DNA from: Synechococcus sp.
GTDB taxonomy: Bacteria > Cyanobacteriota > Cyanobacteriia > Thermostichales > PCC-7336
Direction: 5' to 3'
Assembly (NCBI GenBank): GCA_051439425.1
Contig: JBFRWD010000058.1
Coordinates: 1 to 25,796, forward strand
DNA length: 25,796 bases
Shown: piece by piece, positions 19,318 through 25,796 of the stretch
Layout: the number at the start of each line of letters is the position of its first letter
How positions within the stretch are numbered: the first letter of the stretch is position 1
Notes under the pieces: model-generated
The model's input: only the letters and a program-made list of their open reading frames with translations
What the model was told of the DNA's origin: nothing
Database searches by the model: none
Position numbers and translations under genes: made by a program

Positions 19318-19407
19318 GCAATCAGCTATGGAGAGTGCTCTGGCTATTTCTCCTGAAGAATCAAGATTTTTGACCACCTCCACACTACAGAACTTACAGC
19401 GGATTTC
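19318..19407 (-). repeat. ~90-bp MITE-like dispersed repeat, copy 3 (inverted)
   Basis: Reverse complement reads GAAATCCGCTGTAAGTTCTGTAG...CTCTCCATAGCTGATTGC. Confidence 0.8.
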
Positions 19408-19494
19408 GATATACCCATGCCACACTCTCCTGACATAGACAAGGACATCCTTAGAGAATCGCGCTAGGCTCCTTACTGGTGTTGGGATAAGACA

Positions 19495-21549
19495 ATGGCT
19501 CGTTCAGTACAGTGTCCGAAAACACTATCGCCACAAATGTTATCCATGCCTGCGTCCTCCCCTCCAACCTCTGGTTCGCTGAACTTGCCGTTACAGGGAG
19601 CCACTCCAACGAGAGACAGCATCGGGTCAGTCTTACGCGATTGGGACTTTCAGTTATGGGCTCCCGATGCCCATCAGGTCGATCTCGAACTGTGGCCCGA
19701 CGGCCCCGATCTCCCCTCCCATCGCCTCTCCATGCAGCGACTGCAGGACATCGACCCGACCTCAATCAATCACCTCCCCTCTCCACGCTGCGGATATTTC
19801 ACCACCCGAATTCCTCAACTCCCAACCGGCACCCGCTACCGCTATTGCATCGACGATCGCCCCCGCCCCGATCCAGCCTCCCGCTGGCAGCCGGAAGGAG
19901 TCCACGCTTCATCCGCCCTCTTCGACCCCGATAGTTATAGTTGGACAGACGATCGTTGGTCGGGCATCTCTCTGCGGGACTGCATCATTTACGAAATGCA
20001 CGCGGGGACGGCGACTCCAGAAGGAACCTTCGAGAGCGCGATCGCATTGCTGCCCCATTTAGTCGAACTGGGAGTAACGGCGGTCGAGCTGATGCCGGTG
20101 GCTCAATTCCCCGGCGATCGCAATTGGGGATATGACGGTACTTTCCTTTATTCCGTCCAGCACAGCTATGGCGGCCCCCAGCAGCTCCAGAAACTCGTTG
20201 ATGCCTGCCATCAGCAAGGGTTAGCAGTCTTCCTAGATGTGGTCTACAACCATCTGGGTAACGAAGGCAATTATCTGTGGGGATTGGCCCATTACTTCAG
20301 CAGCGATCGCAATACCCCTTGGGGGCCTGCACTGAATTGGGATGGCCATCACAGCGAACCCGTTCGGGAATTTTTTGTTGCCAACGTGCTGTATTGGTTG
20401 TCGGAGTTCCATTTGGATGGTTTGCGGTTGGATGCCGTGGATTGCATCGTCGATGCTAGTCCCGTTCACCTACTGCAAGACATGCAGGAACGCGTTGACG
20501 CTCTCTCAGCAAAGCTAGGCCGACCGCTGCACTTAATTGCCGAATCTGCCACCAACGAAGCTCGCTACGTCCTCCCCTCCGAGCGGGGGGGCTATGGCAT
20601 GGCGGCCCAATGGACGGATGATTTTCACAACGCTCTATACGCCTATCTATGTGGCGATCGCCAAGCCCACTACCAAGACTTCGGCTCCGCCACACAATTG
20701 GTACACAGCTTCCAGCATCCGTTTGTCTTCACCGGTCAGTACTCCCATTTTTCCAGTCACCGTCGCGGCCTTCCCAATCCGCCCGCTCTTCCCCCCCAGC
20801 AGTCGGTGGTCTTTGCCCTCAATCACGATCGCGTTGGTAACCGTCCCGACGGTCTACGCCTCAATCCCCGTTTGTCTGCCTCCGTTCAACGCTTGGTAGC
20901 CGGTCTATTGCTCCTGTCCCCTTACACCCCCCTGATTTTTATGGGAGAGGAGTACGGAGAAACCGCTCCGTTTTACTTTTTTACGGACTACAGCGATCCA
21001 GTCGTGATTGACGGGGTACGTAACGGTCGCCCGCAGGAGGTAGAGCAAGACGGCCATTTCGAATGGCTCGATCCCCAGAGTCCGTTAGGCTTTGAGCGAT
21101 CGCGCCTCAATCTGCATCTCAAATCAGAAGGAAACCACCAGCAACTGTTTACCTTCCATCAACACTGCATTCGCTTGCGCCAGCGCATTCTGAGCCACAC
21201 CGATCGCTACGAAGTCCTGCAGTTAGAACAAGGACACGAAGCAGCTAAGGACGAAGCCACAACGCAAGATATTGGGCTATTCGGATTGCGGTATGGCAGC
21301 GATCGCCAAGAGTATTTGATTGTGTTCTGCTTACCCGGTGGAGAAACAACCCAAGTTCCAATTCCTGCCCCTAAATTGGCCTCCGCATGGACGTGCCAAC
21401 TCGACTCCGCGACACCTGATTTCACTCCGTCACCTGTTCTTATGGAGTCGGGTAGCGATCGTCCTCAACCTCCTACCCCTCAAACAATAGTTCTACCTGC
21501 CTTTAGCGAACCAGGTGTCAGAGTCTACAGCGCACTCGCAGACAATTAG
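19495..21549 (+). CDS. treZ: Malto-oligosyltrehalose trehalohydrolase (GH13)
   Basis: PDPASRWQPEGVH, ELMPVAQFPGDRNWGYDG, DVVYNH, GLRLDAV, LIAES, NHDRVGNR. Start may be a downstream ATG. Confidence 0.9.
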   Translation: MARSVQCPKTLSPQMLSMPASSPPTSGSLNLPLQGATPTRDSIGSVLRDWDFQLWAPDAHQVDLELWPDGPDLPSHRLSMQRLQDIDPTSINHLPSPRCGYFTTRIPQLPTGTRYRYCIDDRPRPDPASRWQPEGVHASSALFDPDSYSWTDDRWSGISLRDCIIYEMHAGTATPEGTFESAIALLPHLVELGVTAVELMPVAQFPGDRNWGYDGTFLYSVQHSYGGPQQLQKLVDACHQQGLAVFLDVVYNHLGNEGNYLWGLAHYFSSDRNTPWGPALNWDGHHSEPVREFFVANVLYWLSEFHLDGLRLDAVDCIVDASPVHLLQDMQERVDALSAKLGRPLHLIAESATNEARYVLPSERGGYGMAAQWTDDFHNALYAYLCGDRQAHYQDFGSATQLVHSFQHPFVFTGQYSHFSSHRRGLPNPPALPPQQSVVFALNHDRVGNRPDGLRLNPRLSASVQRLVAGLLLLSPYTPLIFMGEEYGETAPFYFFTDYSDPVVIDGVRNGRPQEVEQDGHFEWLDPQSPLGFERSRLNLHLKSEGNHQQLFTFHQHCIRLRQRILSHTDRYEVLQLEQGHEAAKDEATTQDIGLFGLRYGSDRQEYLIVFCLPGGETTQVPIPAPKLASAWTCQLDSATPDFTPSPVLMESGSDRPQPPTPQTIVLPAFSEPGVRVYSALADN

Positions 21550-21558
21550 CTCTCTCCA

Positions 21559-22599
21559 TCAAAAGAAGATAAATCGACTCGCCCAAAATAACGGCACCCC
21601 CACCAACACCAACCAGTCCAGCCACGACATCTTCAACACGTGCCACTGAACGGCATGCTCGGAGCCGATATACCCACGAACTTGCATCGCAGATGCCGTT
21701 TGGTCCGCCCGCAACAACAAATTTTGCAGAATGCGTTCTACCATCGACAACCCCAACTGAGCTGCCCCCTTAAACCCCAACGACTGCCAATGGATGTCGC
21801 GGGTGTTTACCGCTCGAATAATGTTCTGCACCTCCTCCAACACCAACGGCAAAAAGCGCAAGGATAGTGTCAGGGCCAGCACCACCTCCGTCACCGGAAC
21901 ATTGAGCCACCGCAAAGGGCTAGCAAAAAATGCGATCGCCTCTGCAATTTCTTCGGGAGATGTCGTTAGTAGGAATAGCGCCGTACTGTAGAGCAGCGTA
22001 AAAATCAGCGTCCCCAAACGAACGGCCACCGAGAGCGATCGCCGAGTTATCTGAAACTTTCGCCCCAATATTGATGGACTCTCGAACAACTGATATCGAT
22101 ACCCAGTGGGAGAGCCCAAAGTTGTCCAGTCAAAGGCATCAGCTGACGAATCGCTAGCATCGGTGCGCGGATCTTCGGAAATGTTGCTGCCGGATATCTC
22201 GCTATCTGTTATCTCGCCAACCGAAGCATCTCCATTTGGCTGAGTCTCTGGTTCAAGCAGCACCGGAAACCCATACCCCATATCTGCAGCAGGACGAACG
22301 GGCACCGAGTTTACCCCTAATGCATCGGGGGCAAACGCAGTTATGGCGATCGCAAACAAAGCTAGGGCTGCCACCAACAACAGTTGTCGCCGCCACACCC
22401 TCCACGGCAAAGGAGCCGTCCAAGTCAGCAAAATCGTAAACGCCACAATGGCCAAACGCCACCAGCTGTTTGCCAAAATAGGGTTGACCAAAATCGTAAT
22501 CAGCCAAACAAATTTAACCCTAGGATCCAACCGGTGCAGCCATGTTTGCGGAGCTTCCAAATAGGTTCCGAGCGGCACATTGCGCAGCAAATCGACCAT
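21559..22599 (-). CDS. ECF transporter transmembrane component T (CbiQ/EcfT)
   Basis: WLHRLDPRVK, LLTTSPEEI, LSLRFLPLVLEEVQ, AMQVRGY. Confidence 0.9.
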   Translation of the reverse strand: MVDLLRNVPLGTYLEAPQTWLHRLDPRVKFVWLITILVNPILANSWWRLAIVAFTILLTWTAPLPWRVWRRQLLLVAALALFAIAITAFAPDALGVNSVPVRPAADMGYGFPVLLEPETQPNGDASVGEITDSEISGSNISEDPRTDASDSSADAFDWTTLGSPTGYRYQLFESPSILGRKFQITRRSLSVAVRLGTLIFTLLYSTALFLLTTSPEEIAEAIAFFASPLRWLNVPVTEVVLALTLSLRFLPLVLEEVQNIIRAVNTRDIHWQSLGFKGAAQLGLSMVERILQNLLLRADQTASAMQVRGYIGSEHAVQWHVLKMSWLDWLVLVGVPLFWASRFIFF

Positions 22600-22801
22600 G
22601 AGTCACCGGGTTAACTAAAACTGTCTCTCGTGGGGGCACCAGCAGTTCAGGCTTGCGTACGCAGACCTGCACCACAGCCCCTACAAGACATCGACTAACT
22701 TACCAACCCTGACCGCAAATCACCACACAGACCAAAGCCACCCCGCCGGTATGGGATAACAATCCCTTCCTAACAGGATGGCTTGAAAAACTGGCGGTAT
22801 G

Positions 22802-22891
22802 GCAATCCGCTGTAAGGTCTGGAGTACGAGGACAGCTCAACCCCTATAGCTACAGGGACAAATGGCTGGAGTATTCTCCATAGCTGATTGC
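22802..22891 (+). repeat. ~90-bp MITE-like dispersed repeat, copy 4
   Basis: GCAATCCGCTGTAAGGTCTGGAG...TTCTCCATAGCTGATTGC; closest to copy 1. Confidence 0.85.
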
Positions 22892-22940
22892 AGAAAGCTT
22901 TACGGAAGTCGCAGAACCAACAATCTCCAAACCAAGACGA

Positions 22941-25217
22941 TTACAGCGTGGCAAAGCTCTCAATCAACCAGCGATCGCCCTCGCGAACCAAGTTGTAGCG
23001 TACGCGATAGGTGCTTTCATAGGACGCGGGGCTACCCTGCCGCACACCATTCAGAATGTAGTCGGCCACCTCGCTAATGGAGACCACTACAGACCCGGAA
23101 TCTCCCGTGTCAGCCACGGTGACATCCTCAACCTCAACCCCTTTCAAGGTGTAGTTGTAATGGGTGTTGGCTTGCTGTAATGCAGCTGCCCGACTTCGCC
23201 ATTGAGATAGCATCGGCTCGGCCAAAACTTGGCTCAATCCATCTACATCTCTAGTCGAGCCAAGAGCCTCTTGTTTGGCCTCTTGCCAAGATTCAATGGT
23301 GGCTTGAGCCACTGCTTCATTTAAAACAGACGTATCCGGAACAGAAGACGCAGCCAACGGATCGTCAATTTCTCCTGGAGAACTGCCATCCCCTAGAGCG
23401 CCATCCTCCAGAGCGCTATCCCTCGCAGGAACATCGACTGGCGCTGCATCCAACTCTACATTGGCCTGTTCGTCAGGGTTGTCCAGCGATCCACCACCAA
23501 ACAAGCCTGTCAGTGCACGAGCACCAAACAGCACCACCACCACCGCCAGAGCCACAGCGCCTAACTTCCAGATCCAGCCCAATAGAGCCGTTTCTCCCCC
23601 TTGACGGTAACGACGGCGATCGAGAGTCCCATCCTGTTCGTATCGCTCGTCGTAGGCCAGGTCATCATGCCGACCAGTGACCGGATAAAACTCGTCCAAT
23701 GCCTGTTTGGCAGAATTCGAGTATGCGGGATTAGCGTATTCGCTGCCGGAATACCCACCCGCAGAGCCAGAGTAATCAGAGGAGGTGTAGCCATTGCCAT
23801 AGGCCTCGGCAGCAGGCATGGGGGGAATAGGAATATCCACACTCGCAGCATCGTCGACGCTCGCCCCCTCCGAGGACGGCCAGACTTCACTCGTGCCAGT
23901 GCCGGGGTCTGAGTAAGCAACAGAGCCGTCTTGTGCGGACAGCTCTTGACGCACGGGGGGGCAAGGAATCCCGGAATCTCCTTCGCTGATGTTGGTGGGT
24001 ACGCTGGGGAGAGACACGTGCTCGATTTGGCGGGCAAACCATTCCGTATCGGAGTTTGATGCCGGCATCTCATCCAGATATTGCTGAACTTGCGGATTGT
24101 CGAAATAAGCTCGCAGCGATGCCTGACTGGTATCGAGATCGCGATACTCGGGGAATACCTCTTGCTGCAACCAGGTTTCGGTGTAGCGACATAGCCCCAA
24201 CAGGAGATCGGTTTCTCCTCCACCCGAGACCTCGGCCTCTTCGCGAATATTGGCGATCGTTTCCGAATCTTTGCTGCGCTCTAAAAGGCGAGTGGCATCT
24301 TCTGGCTGCCCCAACAACAACGCACAGATGGCTTGTTCGAGATTTACGTCGTGTCGCTGCGTAAGGCGGACCAAATATCCGCGCGCCCTGCGGATTAACG
24401 CCGGTCGATTTTCGACGTAGCCACCTGCAATTAGCGAATACACCGCCAAATACGTCGCAACCACCGATGGTCGCTTGGCTTCTGCTTCAAATAGCTCCTG
24501 CTGTTCGTCGAGAGTCATCTGACCGCGAGCTTTCTGCACAAAGCGCAGGAAATCTTCCGTACTTAATTCGGAGCCATCTTGACCGCTCCCCTCGATTCCC
24601 GCTCGGTCATCCAACATACTGCGGAACAACGATAATCCCTCTTGCCGCTCGGGAGCAGACACGTGGGGATGGCTCAGGAGCTTGAGAATGCGGTAAGGCC
24701 GCAGCTTACTTAGGTCGGAAATCACCTCTGCCTGCACCTCTGGAAATACACGATGGTTAATCAATTCGGCCAACGCCTGTTGCAGCATGCTGGCGGCAGC
24801 GTTGTAGTTGCCATTTGCCCATTCCTCTCTGCCTAAATGCAATCGGGCGATCGCTTGGGTCAGCAACAAGTCGGGAACGGGGTGAGTTTGGCGGAGAACC
24901 TGCTGAACGGACGAGAGGGCTTGCTGATATTCACCGTTTTCGCATTGGATGGCTAGTGCTGCTGCCAACTCTTTGGGCTCGACATCCAAAAGTGGATCGG
25001 TCACCGTCAGCTGTTTGTCGTACTCATCGCGCGTATGAGGATCGCTCAAAATCTGATGAGCGCGCTCCAACAACCGCTGCCGTGATTCCATGGCCTCTAT
25101 AGAATAGCCAGGCCACAACTCCTGAAACAGCCGCGAACGAAAGGCTCGCTCGACGCTACTGGGGTCTGCGTGAACGGGCAGCGATAGAATTCGGTAATAG
25201 TCCAGGGGTACCCGCAC
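22941..25217 (-). CDS. ftn2: Cell division protein Ftn2/ZipN (ARC6 homologue, C-terminal IMS domain)
   Basis: MRVPLDYYRIL J-like N-terminus, LRPYRILKLL, CALLLGQ, LCRYTETWL..EVFP, single TM, C-terminal YRVRYNLVR..RWLI. Confidence 0.92.
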   Translation of the reverse strand: MRVPLDYYRILSLPVHADPSSVERAFRSRLFQELWPGYSIEAMESRQRLLERAHQILSDPHTRDEYDKQLTVTDPLLDVEPKELAAALAIQCENGEYQQALSSVQQVLRQTHPVPDLLLTQAIARLHLGREEWANGNYNAAASMLQQALAELINHRVFPEVQAEVISDLSKLRPYRILKLLSHPHVSAPERQEGLSLFRSMLDDRAGIEGSGQDGSELSTEDFLRFVQKARGQMTLDEQQELFEAEAKRPSVVATYLAVYSLIAGGYVENRPALIRRARGYLVRLTQRHDVNLEQAICALLLGQPEDATRLLERSKDSETIANIREEAEVSGGGETDLLLGLCRYTETWLQQEVFPEYRDLDTSQASLRAYFDNPQVQQYLDEMPASNSDTEWFARQIEHVSLPSVPTNISEGDSGIPCPPVRQELSAQDGSVAYSDPGTGTSEVWPSSEGASVDDAASVDIPIPPMPAAEAYGNGYTSSDYSGSAGGYSGSEYANPAYSNSAKQALDEFYPVTGRHDDLAYDERYEQDGTLDRRRYRQGGETALLGWIWKLGAVALAVVVVLFGARALTGLFGGGSLDNPDEQANVELDAAPVDVPARDSALEDGALGDGSSPGEIDDPLAASSVPDTSVLNEAVAQATIESWQEAKQEALGSTRDVDGLSQVLAEPMLSQWRSRAAALQQANTHYNYTLKGVEVEDVTVADTGDSGSVVVSISEVADYILNGVRQGSPASYESTYRVRYNLVREGDRWLIESFATL

Positions 25218-25796
25218 GGTTAGCTCTCACTCGCAAAGGTTGACATACAACAACTCGCCATACATGCAAATTTGCTCTATCAAACATCCGGCTTAACAAG
25301 CCAAATCGCTCTAACGAACCTCTCAAACATCAACAACAATGAGCTGCATTCAAGCTGCGATCTTCATGGAGCAAAACTACATGAATCAAAACAGCGATGC
25401 TAAGTGAATACACGGGCAAAGTTACAGACATAATAGCGACAACCGATCACAGTATGTCTCCCTTTTCTAGCAGGTTCCACCGATCGCAAAAAAGCGATAT
25501 ACGGCCAAATCGTAGCCAAATATACGAAGTTAACGAGCACTTCAACATTGCTCTCCAGCGGCCGGTACATATATGCATATAGCCACCACTCGTAAAGTGG
25601 GAAAAACTTCATCAGGTTTTAAACTTAAAGCGATCGTTGACCATCCTGAAAGGCGTGCAGATTATCGGTCACTCTTCGTATTGACAGCCATTTGAGGGGC
25701 TTATGTTCCTCGTGAAAGCCCATGCTACCCATGCTAGACCAGACTGTAGGCCTCACTTCCCAGCCCGAGTGGAGATTCCGAGTAGAGATACATAGA

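Noticed and set aside
22600..22800. SRP RNA (ffs) or a riboswitch near ftn2/ecfT; several hairpins are present
   Set aside because: No CAGG.CCGGAAGG.AGCAGC SRP core and no recognisable cobalamin or other aptamer motif.
25000..25217. Ftn2 J-like domain lacking the HPD motif
   Set aside because: Degenerate J domains are normal for the Ftn2/ARC6 family.
25218..25796. Small ORFs in the region upstream of ftn2
   Set aside because: No coding signature; probably promoter/UTR DNA, and the next gene lies outside the window.

Overview
Cyanobacterial chromosomal window (dense HIP1 GCGATCGC octamers, petJ, ftn2/zipN). Left end: a cluster of mobile-element remnants (IS200/IS605-like palindromic mini-element, decayed IS6 transposase, 90-bp MITE-like repeat). 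Next is a redox-stress module (peroxiredoxin-like protein, thioredoxin, old yellow enzyme) divergent from an ArsR regulator, then a TPR protein, a hypothetical protein, petJ, ftsX, EI24/CysZ-like, small HNH and nfeD-SPFH genes. The centre (11118-19134) is an 8-gene nitrogen-scavenging operon behind a candidate NtcA box: BMP-family ABC transporter, AmiF-type formamidase, biuret hydrolase, cupin and triuret hydrolase. All three of its intergenic spacers carry a related inverted repeat (10-11 bp arms, 32-33 nt spacer) with compensatory base changes. The right end holds treZ, ecfT and ftn2. Four diverged copies of the 90-bp terminal-inverted-repeat element are scattered in intergenic DNA. All calls come from reading the sequence; no database searches were run.
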